A stretch of 64,000 nt of DNA from the NCBI RefSeq assembly GCF_009914755.1, contig NC_060938.1; one strand, given 5' to 3'. How positions within the stretch are numbered: position 1 is the first letter of the stretch; every line of letters begins with the position of its first letter. Positions 26,745-42,049 of the stretch are shown in pieces. Both the position numbers and the translations under genes were made by a program. Below the pieces are notes generated by a model that worked only from the letters and a program-made list of their open reading frames with translations, searched no databases and was not told the origin of the DNA. Source of the DNA: the human T2T-CHM13v2.0 reference genome, Homo sapiens.

Positions 26745-28283
26745 TGCTAGACTTTAGTAGGTATTGAAATGCCTACAAAGAAGTCACTCTTTTCCTCAAG
26801 GTACCTATCGTCTGGTAAGGAAGAAATATTTACTAAAAATGTATTTTAGTTCACCTAATTCATATCAGTTTGTGATTAGTGTAAGCAGAGACATTTCAGC
26901 AAAATTTTATGAAAACACAGTAAAATAATTCAGAGGAAAAGCAAGTAAGAAGAAAAATCAGTAAATATTCTTTAAAGGAAGTGAAATGTGACTGCAGACT
27001 TCAAAGATGAGCAGACAAAAAAATGTATAAGGGGACTGAAAAAATAGTAGCACACACAAAGGCTGAGTAACATGAAAGCAAAGTAAGTATTTGAGAAATG
27101 GTGAAAATCCCTGATAGTTTTAGGGTAAATTATGGGTTAGAAGACTGCAAGATAAATTGAGGGCATATTTTGGAAGATCCTCAACGCTAAGATAAGAAAT
27201 TGGACTTTTTTTCTGCATCAAGTACTAAAGTGCTAATATGTTAAAACTTACTGGAACAATATTTGTTTTATGAATATAATTTTTAAATTTAAAAAATATA
27301 TTTTAAGATAATATTACGATAAAATCATATTTCAAAACCATATCGAAGGTTGTTGATGGTTTTGCCAAATGGCAGGTCACACAACTTCAATGAATTGAGA
27401 GCTTCATGAACATTAGCCTCATAAGCAATCCAATTTCCAATCATGATTTCTACTTCTCTGCTTTCCTAATGAAAAGATGACTACTTCAGATAACAAAGGC
27501 TGAAAATTATATACAAGATTTTTATGACATGTAACAAATAAATAAAATATAAATATAAATTTAAATATAGACTCCGATTGCAATAGACTCTGTAGAAATA
27601 CTTTGGGGTGATGAATCCAGCCAGCAACTAGATTAGGGTTGGCTCTTATCCATGAATAGCATAGAGAGCTACTTGGATTCTCCCAGCAATGACTCCAATT
27701 CTCAATGAGCATAAACAACGTTTTGGCTGTATGCACTGTGCTTGGATTTGGATAATATTTTGATAATAAAGTAATCAGAAAGATTTTATTTAGCACTATT
27801 CTGCTATGAGTCCTTAAAAAGCCAAGTAAACCATTTGTGTTAATGAAGTATTGTTCACAAGTGAATCTAAATAAGCCAAATAGGAGTCTGTTGACTTGAT
27901 TTTGGGGAAAGTGGTATATGTACAAAACAGTGAAATGAAAAATGTTGTAATAAATGTAGCTTTAAATTTTTCATCTGCATTATTTATATCCCTGCTTTTA
28001 AAAATAACTTAAAAATCTATTCTTCCTTTTCTTTTTCTATCCCATTTTGTTGCCAGAAAAAAAAATGTAATATATTCTAATGGGTGGAGATATAAAATAA
28101 CCAAATAAAAAAAAGCTAAATATAGAGCGTGTTGGTTGGTGATGAGTGATATGAAGAAAAACAAAGGAGAGCTAAAGTGTAGGGCATACTGCTAGGGGAT
28201 GAGAAAGAAGTGAGATCAGTGAAGCTTTTACTGCAGCAAAGATGTGAGGAGGGAAGGGAGCCATCCATATGACTATATGATGA

Positions 28284-28966
28284 TGTAATACTTTCCTCAC
28301 CTATCATAACAATAACAGCCAACACTCCTGTAACAAAAGACAGGTTAACAAGAAAAGCATGACAAATTTATATAATCAAAGTTTTATGTGATATGGGAGT
28401 CTTCAGAAATGAAGACCCAAAGACCTAGGGAAAACTGTCTACTTTTATTCATAGCTTCGATAAAGAATGAAAAGCCATATAGAAATGTGATTGAGAAAAG
28501 GATACATCTAATGGTAGCAGGTTGAGGAGGAAAACCTGGTAAGGCCTGTCCATTCGGATGCTTTATGGCCTCTTTGTGTGGCATTTCTTCCTCCTAGGTA
28601 GGGCACAGGACTCCTCTGGAATTAGGGTCTTAAGACTTACTATCAGACAAGGTAAGTTAGAGAATTTCTCTATGGGCAACTTCTACACAGAAAGGCAGGA
28701 GAAAGAGCATATTTCTAGGTTGAATGGTTTGCTTTGGGAAAGAGAGGTTCTAGTTTCTATGACTCACCTTAGGAAATAATAATTCTGGTTTTTATGACTC
28801 ACTTTTGTGGGGGTTGGTAAGAGGGGCAGAAAATAAGAATGCAGAGAAAGGTCAGAGACAGACTTTGCTTATGAAGCTATTTCTGAGGCCTTCCAATCTT
28901 CTTCAGTTCAAAGTAGTCAGCATGCCAATCATCACACTTTGGTGTATCATCTTCTGAGCCCCAACA
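28284..28966 (-). mobile_element. ERV1 solo LTR (MER39/MER34 family)
   Basis: Reverse complement starts TGTTGGGGCTCAGAAGATGATACACCAAAG and ends in CA; about 680 bp. Confidence 0.75.
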
Positions 28967-29689
28967 ATAATAGAGTTTACAGGCGGAACTAGCAAATGCA
29001 AAGATCCAGGGTAGCAGGTATGTTATATTTGAGGAAAAACAAGGAGGAGTAGTAAAAAGATATGTTTTTTACTACTTTGTACTATCTTAAAAGTGCTGAC
29101 CTCATACTAGGGGCTCAATAAATATTTGTTGAATCACTCCAGTGTGCAAGAGTGCAGGGTTTGAAGAAAAGATTGTAAGAGATAGAGCAGAGAAGTTCCA
29201 GAAGGGCCTTGTCAGCTATTCTAAAATCTATGGCTCTCAGTCTGAGATAAATAAGAAGCCATTACAGGATTTGAGGAAGGGAAGTGACAGGATCTGGCTT
29301 GTTTTAATAGGACCTTCTAGTTTGAGCTTACGGAGACTTAAGAAGAAAAAAGCAGAAGCAAGGAGAGAAATGATTTTGGACAAAAATAGTAAAAGTGGAT
29401 GTCGTAGAGATGGCCAAATTCTGTATATGCTTTGAGGCTGTAAATCGTAGCACTTGTGACAGATTTATGGGTATGATTTTTTAAAAAGGAAGAGTAAAGG
29501 AGGATCCCAGGGATTTTCCCTGAGCATCTGTAAGAAAGGAATTAAAGTTACAAAGATGGATAAGATTATGGAAAAATAGGTGGAGAGAAGTTGTGAAATA
29601 AAAAATACGTCTGAGAACGTGATGTTTGAAATGCATATTAGAAACTGCATAGAATTAAACAAACAATTGGAAATGCAATGCTGTTGTTA

Positions 29690-30042
<353 letters not shown>

Positions 30043-30886
30043 AAGACACAGATGATGTTTAAAGCCGTATGATGAGATCATTAAGAGAGCGAGGATAAAA
30101 GGGAACTGTCAGGAACTGAGACCTGGGCACACCAATATTCATTCATAGGAAGATGAGGAGGAATTCATAAATAAGACTAGAGAAAAATGGCCAATGAAGT
30201 ATGAGGAGAACAAGAAGAGAATCCTGTCTAGATCCTGTATGAAGAAGGAGAAAGTGATAAAGTCAATAGATTAAGAAGATGAGAACTGTAGATTGAGAAC
30301 CAGGAATTAACATAACAGCCAGTGGTGATTTTGACAAAATCTGCTTCATTGCAGTTGTGAGAAAATAGCCTAATTAGAGAAGTTTCAACACTGAATGGGA
30401 GGAATTATAAATAGAAAATCTAACAAATCTTTTAATAAATTTTGCTTTAAAATTAGCAGGGAGATGGGGTGGTATCTGGAGATATATGTGTGTTCAAGGT
30501 TTTTGTTAATTAACATGGATAGTATTACATCATGTTTGAATGATCATGAGAATAACTCAATTGGAGTGGAAAATTTGATGTTACGGAATACAGAAGGGGT
30601 CTATTGCTTAAGTGTAATACTTGAGTGGATGAGAGCTAGTGTGACTGAATGAAGGGTTGTTCTTAAATATAAATGCTCTTAAATAAAACTAACAGAAAGG
30701 AGGGCAGAGAGGAAATATGACTAGATTGAGTAATGAGGTATGGGAATGTGTATAAATAATTTCCTTCTATTTTGTCAGTGAAACAGAAAGCAAAATAACT
30801 ACAGGGAGTGATCATGAGGAAGGAGGAAGCACGAGGAAGGACTTAGGAGAGAGGAGGCAAAATAGTAGTCTGAGATTGGGAGCATA

Positions 30887-30887
30887 A

Positions 30888-30918
<31 letters not shown>

Positions 30919-30930
30919 CAAAACAAAAAA
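30887..30930. repeat. (CAAAA)n
   Basis: Direct reading. Confidence 0.9.
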
Positions 30931-31651
30931 CTAAGAAACGTATTAGACTTCCTAGGCAGTGCTAAAGGCCAAATAGGTAGGTCACTGTGCATTAATTTAA
31001 AGTGAAACCAATGGGCACAATTTTGCCTTTTTCTCTGACCATGTTTGCTGCCTGATATGAACAAGGAGAAGGAGGAGAGCTGAGTACAACCAGGATTGTG
31101 AGTGAGGAGTTGTCATGAGTAAACAATATATGCTATGTGATATACATTCACATAGAAATAACTTCAAACTAAAAAAATACCCACTCATACATATATGTTT
31201 AAAAGGAAAATAGAATCTACTAACCTTAAGATTAAAAACAACAAATTAACCACTCTTTCTTTGGCCACATGATCCAAAATAATCAGATTTAAAATAATAT
31301 ATGCTTTATATATACATACAGGCACTGACATTTAGATGATTGTCTTTTTAGCACAAGTCAATTCCCACCCCCCTGCTTGTCTCTTTCTACTCACACCTCT
31401 TCTCTGCTACCCACCCACAGCACCTTATTTATTTATCTATGATGGGAAAATAAATGGTGCCTAGGTCCTGATCAGGCATCAAGAGTAATCCTTATATTTT
31501 CATATTTGAGAACTACAACTGCTTCTAGTGGAAGTGAGTTGTTTTCTTCATTTAAAGAGAGACATACAACAAAGTACCATTCTTTTTAACTGGGGACATA
31601 GTCACTGTTCTTACAGCATTTAAAATAATATTTTCCATAAGAACCATCTTT

Positions 31652-32856
31652 GCCAAACCCACAACCACATTATACTGAATGGGCAAAAGCTTGAAGCATT
31701 CCCCTTGAAAACCTGAACAAGACAAGAATCATCAGCCTATTCAACATAGTACTGAAGTCCTGGCCAGAGCGATCAGGCAAGGTAAATAAATAAAAGGCAC
31801 CCAAATAGTACGACAGGAAGTCAAATATCTCTGTTTGAGGACAATATAATCTATATCGTGACCTAATTAAACTAAAGAGTGTCTGCACTGCAGACAAATA
31901 GAGAAAACAGACAATGTACACAATGAGAGAAAATATTTGCAAACTATGCCTTTGGCAAAGGTCTAATATCTAGAATCTATAAGGAACTTAAGTTAACAAG
32001 CAAAAACAAATCAATTAAAAAGTGGGCAAAAGACACGAACAGACAATTTTCCAAAGAAGGCATTTATGCAGCCAACAAGCATATGAAAATATCCTCAACA
32101 TGATTAATCATTAGAGAAATACAAATCAAACCCAAAATGAATTACCATCTCCCACCAGTCAGAATGGCTATTTTTAAAAAGTCAAAAAATAACAAATGCT
32201 GGTGAGGTTTTAGAGAGAAAGGAATGCTTATACACTGCTGGTGGAAATGTAAATTAGCTCATTAGTTGGAAGCAGTCTAAAGATTTCTCAAATAATTTAA
32301 AACAGAATTATTATTTTACCCAGTAATCCCATTATTGGGTACATACCCAGAGAAATACAAATTTTTTACCATAAAGTCACGTGCATACATATATTCATCA
32401 CAGCACTATTCACAGTAGCAAAGACATGGAATCAATCTAAACACCCATCAACGGTAGACTAGTAAGGAAAATGTGGTACATATACACCATGGAATACTAT
32501 GTAGACATTGAAAAGAATAAGACCATATCCTTTGCAGCAACACGGATGGAGCTGGAGACCATTATCCTAGGCAAAGCAGCACAGGGACAGCAAACAAAAT
32601 ATCGCATAGTCTCACTTATAAGTGGGGGCTGAATGCTGGGTACACCTGGACACAAAGAAGGGAACAGCAGACACCAGGACCTACTTGAGTGTGGAGGGTG
32701 GGATGAGGGTGAGGATCGTAAAAATACCTATCAAGTACTATGCTTGTTATCTGGGGGATGAAGTAATCTGTACACCAAATCCCTGTGACACACAATTTAC
32801 CTTATAACAAATTTGCACATGTACCCCTTAACCTAAAATAAAAGTTAAAAAGAAAA
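31652..32856 (+). mobile_element. L1PA (about PA13-16) 3' part with an internal deletion near 31857
   Basis: RT-region sequence (ATACTGAATGGGCAAAAGCTTGAAGCATTCCCC) joined to GACCTAATTAAACTAAAGAG, then a complete 3'UTR ending ACCTAAAATAAAAGTTAAAA. Confidence 0.85.
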
Positions 32857-33335
32857 GTAAGAATAATGTTGACTGAAGTCAGTGAGCGGTGGCTAATCAG
32901 CTGCAGAGAAATGTGAGTGGTAACCGTAAACTGGGACTCTGGGCCATGGTTGGAAATCTTGCAATAACAGATGGCTTCAAATGAAGGAATAAAGACAGTA
33001 ACAGAATAACAGAATAAGGGAGAGTGAGAAAGATGAAGGGAGAAAAGACATTAGAGCTAACATTGGGGAACTAACTCATAAGACTGTTCCCAATCACTAA
33101 AAGTCATGTTTCACCTGAATCAACTGTTCATTAGTTGTCCTCCTCTAGCTTTCATGTATTTATTCAATAAATAAATCAAGTTCCTCCTATAATCCAGAAA
33201 ATAATATAATATTTTCCTATCTCCGATAGCTATATTGACAAAATAGACTGAAGGTTACATTCTAAAAAAAGATTAATCCTGATAAGCAAAACAAAACAAA
33301 ATAAAAATGACCTTTTCAGAGTTGGTTTTCACTGA

Positions 33336-33796
<461 letters not shown>

Positions 33797-34393
33797 CAGA
33801 AATATATTTTTTAAAGACTTTTTCATTAATTCAAGGTTTGTCAAATATATTAGAGGCAATTTAGATATTTTGGAGCAGAATGTTTCATTATTATTGTCAT
33901 CACAAACATTGGTATATAAAAGGGAAGCATGCAGCCATGAGCTGAGCAAAATTTAAAGCGATTTAAATAATCCAAGTCCATGCTTTTTAGTACCAAAACA
34001 ATTTGAGGGTCTGGCTATATTCACAAACTGGACCAATTTCAGAGAATAAACTATTTTAAGAAAAATGAGTTGAATAATTTGCATACTGCAACTGGCATTC
34101 AAGTTTTGCGACACAGTAAGAAGACTTGAGTTATTATTTGAGCTTACCATAAATTGGCAGTGCAAAACAGAGAAACAAGATAATGTGTCCCTGTTTCTTT
34201 CTACCTCTGTACTTCATGTGTAAAATAAATAAGGCAATTAAGGAAGCATCTTTGGAATGATAAAGGACCACTTAATTATGCAAAATCAAAATTAATCTTT
34301 AGTTCCTTTTGATTAGATATTCTGTTTTGAGCTTGTTAGGTATGTAAAAAAGAACAATAATTTAGCATGTATAATGTTAATTATAAACATTTG

Positions 34394-35000
<607 letters not shown>

Positions 35001-36079
35001 GGGGACAGAGGTAGGTCATGGGATGGGAGGCTAGACAGGTAAAATTTTAGTGAAAATATTTGTGGAAAATGTTTTATATTTGATAAGAAAATGATTTATT
35101 GAAAATAGTACTAATGCCTTATTCTCCTGCTATTTCTGTTAATAAGAAATTATAAAATAAGTCTTTAAGAGAAAAGTCATATGGTAGATTTGTTTCCAAT
35201 GGGAAATAACTTCTAGGGCAGAATTGTTAAGAATAGACAAGAACAACTTTAGAAAACATGTCAATAGAATTAGCTTTGCCTAAACATCTTTTTTGCTTCT
35301 GTATTTTTAAGTTTTTTTCTTTTCCTCATTTTTTCTTTTCATAAAAGACCATGTGGATAAGAACAGTGTTGCCAATTTCCCTGTGCTTTTGCTAGATGGC
35401 ATTATCTTTGTCAGTCTTTATTGTTCACCAGTCCTCTCCCTTATATCATTTTTACATAATTTCCCTTAATCTTCCTGCTTTGTATTGTTACTATATTGTT
35501 CTTATTAGATGGTAATATGAATAAATACATAATTTTTTCCTATATTAAACATATCAAGATAAAGTAGACATGTTGATCATGATCAGGAAACCAGGGGAAT
35601 AAAATGAACAAAATGAAGGACATCATTTGGTTTGTTTGCTAGAGTGTCAAGAGAAAGGAAAGAAAGTGAGAGATTAGTTCTTATGTCAATAAATAGCCCT
35701 GTAGGTTCCTGAAGACTAGACAAAGAGCCAGAGGACTCAGAGGGCCAAATCTATGGTCTGACCCCAATGATAATGGTAATGATTATATTTATTTTATTAT
35801 GTTATGTGATACTATAATGGTAAATTACATACAGGAGACAAGGAGGACAAGGAGGATGTTCATATTTATTGGTCCTGTAAAAAAATAAAAAGGACCAATA
35901 TTTAGGAAGACTTTCAGAGTGTTAAAAGGACTAATTTTCTTGTCTTGTACCATAGACTGCTCTCTCTCTTTTTTAAAAAAGTTTGTAGAACACAAATAAA
36001 TCTACCGCATGTATCACTTGGAATTCAATAAGGGTAACATCATTCTGTTTTCAAAATCTGTACTTATAACATGTTAAAA

Positions 36080-36310
36080 GCCAACTAATATCTATTGAGC
36101 ACGTAACAATGTGATAGAAAATATTCTGAACATTTATAATCCATACAACAATCCAATTAGATAGTTATTACTGGTTTTCTTTTCCATTTTATGTATGAGG
36201 AAACTCCAGCACAAAGAGCTTAAGTAACTTATCCAAGGTTACCTAGATAGGATGTTTTGAGTAGCTCTCCCACCTGCACCATCTGATTCTAGAACCCACA
36301 CACTTAAAGA
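36080..36310 (-). mobile_element. MIR
   Basis: CCATTTTATGTATGAGGAAACT...TTAAGTAACTTATCCAAGGTTAC MIR core. Confidence 0.75.
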
Positions 36311-36415
36311 AAATAATAGTGAGTATGAGGAGCATCACATCCTACCATGTAAGGAAGTTGAAGAGATATAAGAAATCAAAGGTTCTCCCAGAACCTTACT
36401 CTCTAGTAGAAAAGC

Positions 36416-36418
<3 letters not shown>

Positions 36419-36451
<33 letters not shown>
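36419..36451 (+). repeat. Uninterrupted A33 tract
   Basis: Direct reading. Confidence 0.95.
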
Positions 36452-36456
<5 letters not shown>

Positions 36457-36613
36457 GTCAGAATTTTAACTCTTCATACTTCAAACTAGGACTTGGTTTT
36501 TATAAACTAGTATAGTTGTGGGATTTTGTTTGTAAGATCTAATGAAGGAAGTGAACCTTTTGAAAGAGATTAAGATTTATATGGGTGAAAGGGAAAGGAG
36601 AGAATATTTCTAG

Positions 36614-37254
36614 TGACAAGATTAAATTTACCTGCCTGAGTCCTTTGCTCCTGGAAAAGAGCAACTGTTAAGAAAATCCCCATCCTTCTGTTTTCTGGGA
36701 AACAACTTGCTTCAAATAATCATCCTCCCCCATGTGATTTAGATAATAATCATGGATGTCCTCCTTCTTTACTTAAGGCACAGCCAGACACAGACCCTCC
36801 ACATTTTCATTCTTTGATTCATAAATAATTATCTGAGATGTTTTTTCCCTATTGACCAATCAGGACAAAATGCTCCCTGACTTGACCAAACTTAAGTTTC
36901 TCCCCTTCTTCCAGGCTCACAAACTGTGACCTATCCTTAGCCTGAGCTCTGTAAGGGCCCATCCCAAGAATCAGCTGATTGCAAGTAAGGATATTCCCCA
37001 ACCAATTATCCTATCACAACACCCAGTTGTCCCGCTTCCTCTCACCAGGATTCTTATAGCTTTGTTTACCTTTCCCTATAAAAGAAAACCCCTTTTCTCC
37101 ATGACCTTTGAGATAACTTGCAGGTCTTCTCATCACAGTATTCTCTCTATTGCAGTGGTTCCTCTCACCCTATTGTAATCATCCCTTTCCCAGTCTTGCA
37201 ACAGTCTTCAAATAAACCCTCCTTATCTAAGTCCAGACTTGTTTTTATTTGGTG
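36614..37254 (+). mobile_element. Old ERV1 solo LTR (MER89/90/110-like)
   Basis: TG start, CCTATAAAA near 37075, AATAAA at 37211, 4-bp TSD CTAG (36610-36613 / 37255-37258); family uncertain. Confidence 0.7.
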
Positions 37255-37535
37255 CTAGGAAAATAACAATATTAGAAAACACATACATATGTACATACAT
37301 ACATATATACAGAGGAATAAAGGGTTTCATTATTTATAGGATAGTGAAGAAATAGCCTAAGCAGAACAAAACAGTATATTTTGCAGAATACAGTGAGATA
37401 CTGTGTGAGCAGCCTGGAATAGCTTGACTTTGATTCATTGTTAAGCTGAATAATCATAACCAACAGCTGTAGTGAAGACACTGTCATCTCTAATGTATTG
37501 AGTGTTTACACTGTGCCAAGTGAATTATGTGCTTA

Positions 37536-38027
37536 TGAAGAGTGGCAGAATATGCCACCCCAAAATATGCCACTTTGACATAAAGATTAATTCAAGCTAA
37601 TAGCACTTGAAAAACAGCAGATGCAAGAAGGACATGCTAATTTCCCCATTTCTTCCTGAAAACAGGGAAAAAAACACTCCTGTGTGAATGATGTCCTCCT
37701 TGTACCAGGAGAAAATAAACACTCTTCAACGGGGAGTCATAGTCAAGATTATTATGTACAAACCTTGTTAAAATAATTCTTATTATTTAGCCTCCTCACA
37801 CAATTTAGTTACTTTTCCACCATAGCCTCTCTTTTCTCAACCTAATACAGAAGTGCATAGGTTTTGCAATTTCTTTGGGTCTTCATTTCCTTATGAGTGT
37901 TCCCATGTCAAGTAAAACTTACATAAAATGTGTATACTTTTCTTCTATTAATTTGTCTTATGTCAATTTGATTCTTGGGCCCAGCTGGGACACTAGAGGG
38001 TAGAGGTGAAGTTTTGCCTCTCCTACA
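37536..38027 (+). mobile_element. ERV1 solo LTR (MER34/LTR54-like)
   Basis: TG...CA ends, CAGAATATGCCACCCCAAAATATGCC signature, 4-bp TSD CTTA (37532-37535 / 38028-38031). Confidence 0.8.
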
Positions 38028-38075
38028 CTTACCTTTTTTAAACCTAACATGAGCCCTGTGAATTAGAGACCGTTT

Positions 38076-38464
38076 ACTATAGACTGAGTTGTTTCTCCAC
38101 TAAATCCAAATTTCAAAGCCCTAACTCCTAACGTGACTGTATTTGAAGATAGAGGCAATAAAGAGATGATAAAGATTAAGAGAGATCACAAGGGAAGGGC
38201 CTGTAGGACTGGTGTCCTTACAGGAAGAGGAAGAGACAACAGAGACCTGTTTCTCCTTCTGCATGCATACAGTGGAAAGTAAATGAGAGGACACAATGAG
38301 AAGTTGGCTGTGTGCAAGCCAGGCAAAGAGCTTTCACCAGAAACCACTCTGATGGCATCTTCATCTGGTACTTTTGGCCTCTAGAACTGTGAGAAAATAA
38401 ATTTCTGTTGTTTAAGCTACCCCATCAGTGGCATTTTGTTGTGGCAGCCTGAGCTGACTAACAC
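38076..38464 (+). mobile_element. MLT1A-type MaLR solo LTR
   Basis: GTGACTGTATTTGAAGATAG, CCTCTAGAACTGTGAGAAAATAAATTTCTGTTGTTTAAGC, GGCAGCCTGAGCTGACTAACACA. Confidence 0.85.
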
Positions 38465-40321
38465 ACTGGCATTATCCTCATTTTTAAAATGCAGAAATTG
38501 GAGCATAAAGAGTAAGTCCTTTAGTTGGTAAATACAGATCTGGTATTCAAACTGTCTGATGGCAAACAAAGACTGGTCTTTAAACCACTCTGCTGATCTC
38601 CTATCAATGAGTGGGAGCTGCTAACGGTGCTAGTGAGATTTCAATGGAAGAGGTCAAGCAAAAACTGACCAACAACTTAACAAGACATGTCAAGTCTCAG
38701 AAGGGTATATAGATAAGGTTAACCTAGAGTTCTTTAACTCCAGATTATTTGCTCCTATAACCCAGATCAGGGTGACTAGATATAGGACAGGGTGATGATG
38801 ATGGAAATACAGACACAGGGAGAAAAAAATGTTGTGTGTCAAAAACACTTTTAATTTTAAAGCAATGCAAGGAACTCACTGGAAGACATTCAATAATATT
38901 TTGGTGGAAAGTTAACATACTTATCCATGTCGTATCAGGCCTCAGAGTCAGTCATGCCTTTATTTTAATACAATTCCATAGCATTTTCAATACATACCTA
39001 TTCCTTAATTGTTTCTACTAAGCTGGGTTCCATTTGCTTTCTTCACATGGCACTGTATTGCAGACTTTATTCTAGGGTATTGTGTTCAAATCTACCAGGT
39101 GTATTGTTAGCTGTTTTCTCACATTGTATTTGTCATATTATGTGCTATAATTTACCTAATCTGAGCTCTTTAACTGAACTTTAGACTATTTTAAATTTTT
39201 CTTTTTTATAATTGATAAAGCCAAATTCTAGCCTTTAAGAAACAAAGTGCCCTTGAAAAATGTATGCATAACTCCATGCATATGTTTGTGCAATCTTATA
39301 AGAATTTCTTCAAGATTTTGAGGTATAAACTTTCTAGGTTCAAGTGTCATGCATATTTTAAATTGACGTAGAAATTGCCAAATTACTGTTTAAAAATGGA
39401 TAAGCTTTATTGCTCACTAACAAGAAATGGAGTGCCCATAATCCTTGGCAACAGTAAATTTAATCAATTCTTTACATTTTATTTTTTCTCTGTCTGTAAT
39501 AAGAAAAATATCATTTGTAAGAACATGTAATTGAAATAATGAATCTGCTTTGTATTAGAACTACTTAATTGACCTTGTTTATTAAAAGGTGTAGGGGCAT
39601 GAAGTGAAAACTAAAAGTATCCTGAGCCTAGTCTCAGAATTAATCCCTGCTAATGGTTTTGACACTCCTTGTGTAATGATTAGAGTTCTGCTTTTTTATT
39701 TACAATATCCTGGATATCCCTTAGTATTATTAGCACACTATTTTAAAAAGTTAAGGAGTATTTAACTGAATATATTTATAATATTGCATTCAACCAGCTT
39801 CATACTGGTAAATATTAAAGTTGTTTGCTATTTTTATAAAACCACAATAAACATTCTTGTATATAACATCTTTTTTGAGTATACCTACAAGAATGAGAGA
39901 TTTTAAATGAGTGAAAGAAAAAACTGACTCAGTGATTATAAACATAGTTTTGCACAAAAAGGTGCAACAATTAGACCACATAAATCTGATGTTACAGAAT
40001 AATTAAAAGGAAAGAGATGGAAAACTTTGGTGCACGGTACATTCAAACCAACATTTAGTTTGGTAAATGGTAATGTGCTACAAAATGTATAATCATAATT
40101 TTTCATGAAACCAAAATTTTAATGTAACAAAAATTATTCCTCCGTTTTAAGAACCAATGTTAATCAAACTCATGAAGGAAAAAATGCGTTTATGCAGAAA
40201 TTCATATTGGAAGATATGACAGCCACTCAGACCAAAAACCATTTGCCTATAGAGCATGCAAGAGATTGAGAGACTGAGGGGTTTGCCCTGGATCACATGC
40301 ATGCTTGGTGGTAAAGCAGAT

Positions 40322-40532
40322 TAATTTTTTTGGCAAAAAAATTATGTGGTACAGCCTAATTTTGTTGTATGTATAGATTGCTGAGCAGTCAAATCAAGGC
40401 TTTAAGGTATCCATCACCTGAATAACACACATTGTACCCATTAAGTAATTTTTTATCATCCATCCTCTTTCACTTTAGTCTCCATTCCCCTTGCTAGTCT
40501 CCATTTTTTACTATTATCATTCCACTCTCTAA
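40322..40532 (-). mobile_element. L1MA 3' end fragment inside a MIR remnant
   Basis: GGTATCCATCACCTGAATAACACACATTGTACCCATTAAGTAATTT. Confidence 0.65.
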
Positions 40533-42049
40533 ATTTGAATTCAGGCTGATCAATCCCAGAATCTTCTCTCTTTGGTACCGCACTATACTATGCTATACTA
40601 TATCGAAGAGGAAAGATTGCCAAAATCAAGGTAGACAGTATTCTTAGAAAGCGTAATGTTCTGTCTGAAAATGTTACCAATACAAGAATACAAGCAATGG
40701 GGATAAGGCAGATGCCCAGGTGTGAGAAGCTAAAGGATCTTTTATAGCCAGTCTTGTAGTAATGTGCTTCGAAGTGGAATTCCTGAGAACTGCACCTGCA
40801 TATGGAGGTAAAGGTACCTGTGAAAATTTAAATGTTACATTTATTGAATATAAGCAAGGCCTTGAAAGTGCAATTCTGATCTGTAGAAACATTAGCATTA
40901 TAAAATTTCAATAAATATAAGAATAAAATATTGTAAGTAAAATTTCACAAGCAACATTGGTCATATTTCAGACACTAAATAGATATTTATTGAAATGTTG
41001 TTTTATTATTTTACAAGGATGTACACATTTCATAACACACTATGCTAGAAGTAGAATTTTAAAACATTTTATTAATTCACTGGAAAATACAAAATTTCCA
41101 AGATTTTCACATTAAATAATAGTAAATAGAAACATGAAATTTATTTCTCTCGTAACTGCTGCTAGACCATAAATGAATTAGAATCTTTAAATGTTGCCTT
41201 TGTTGAGAAGACTAAACCAGACTAAACAAAAATCACTGAATAATAAATTTATTTATCTTAATATGTGTATAGTCCTAAGCAATTATAGAATTAAAAAAAA
41301 AAGTATCCAACCACCAAGTTCTAAATTAATGTGCTTCCAGCTCTTCACTATATGTTAGACATGTATTTTATTTAATAGAGATTATAGCAGAACTGACTTC
41401 AAGTTTGGCTGAATTTCATTAATGGAGGAGAGAAAAGATACCATAACCCATTATTGTGTGTCTATTACAATGGAAGAATGTACTTTACACCAATGAACAA
41501 ATAGAAACATGACTTTGTGTTTATATATGTTTTGTAGTCAATTAATGAAATAATTATCTCATTTTAATGAAATGTAATTTTGACTATCCAGTCCCACAAA
41601 TGAGTTCATAGTATGATGTCAGACATTCTTGTTTTGCAAAGAAATTTATCATACAATTCCTTTAAAGAAATGTGCTATCTAATGCATTTTAAACACTTTT
41701 TTCAGGCACATTAAAAAGTAAGCACAGTTGAATTATGAGGCATTTGAAAGCAAGTTATGATATTAATATAATGGTCTTTACGATATATATATATCGAACT
41801 GATTCTACAAACTGCCAGTCAAGAATAAGATTTTCATAAGCATGTAAAGGGAAATTTATAATTTCCAGAGGAAAAAAAGTGAATACTTTCTCCTCCTGCA
41901 GAATAATCAGAAAGAAAGGAAGGTTTCTCCATGTGGTAATTCCAAATATTGTTCTGGATCCAGAAGCTGTACAATTTAATTACAAGAAATACTATATAAT
42001 TTATCTTAGGTCAACCAAAGCTTGGTGAACTACTAAGAAGCACATATTG

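Noticed and set aside
27419-27925. Longest ORF in unique sequence (168 aa)
   Set aside because: Non-ATG start, AT-driven composition, no domain similarity or splice support
35867-35900. Inverted repeat TATTGGTCCT / AGGACCAATA around an A-rich spacer
   Set aside because: 10-bp arms with a 14-nt spacer are expected by chance about once in a window of this size
41781-41796. Perfect palindrome CGATATATATATATCG
   Set aside because: Mostly self-complementary (AT)n; trivial
41881-41940. Candidate 34-nt exon (pyrimidine tract-CAG ... G/GTAAT); similar sites near 6313, 40748-40810, 42473 and 46269
   Set aside because: Splice-like motifs alone are too frequent to call without transcript data
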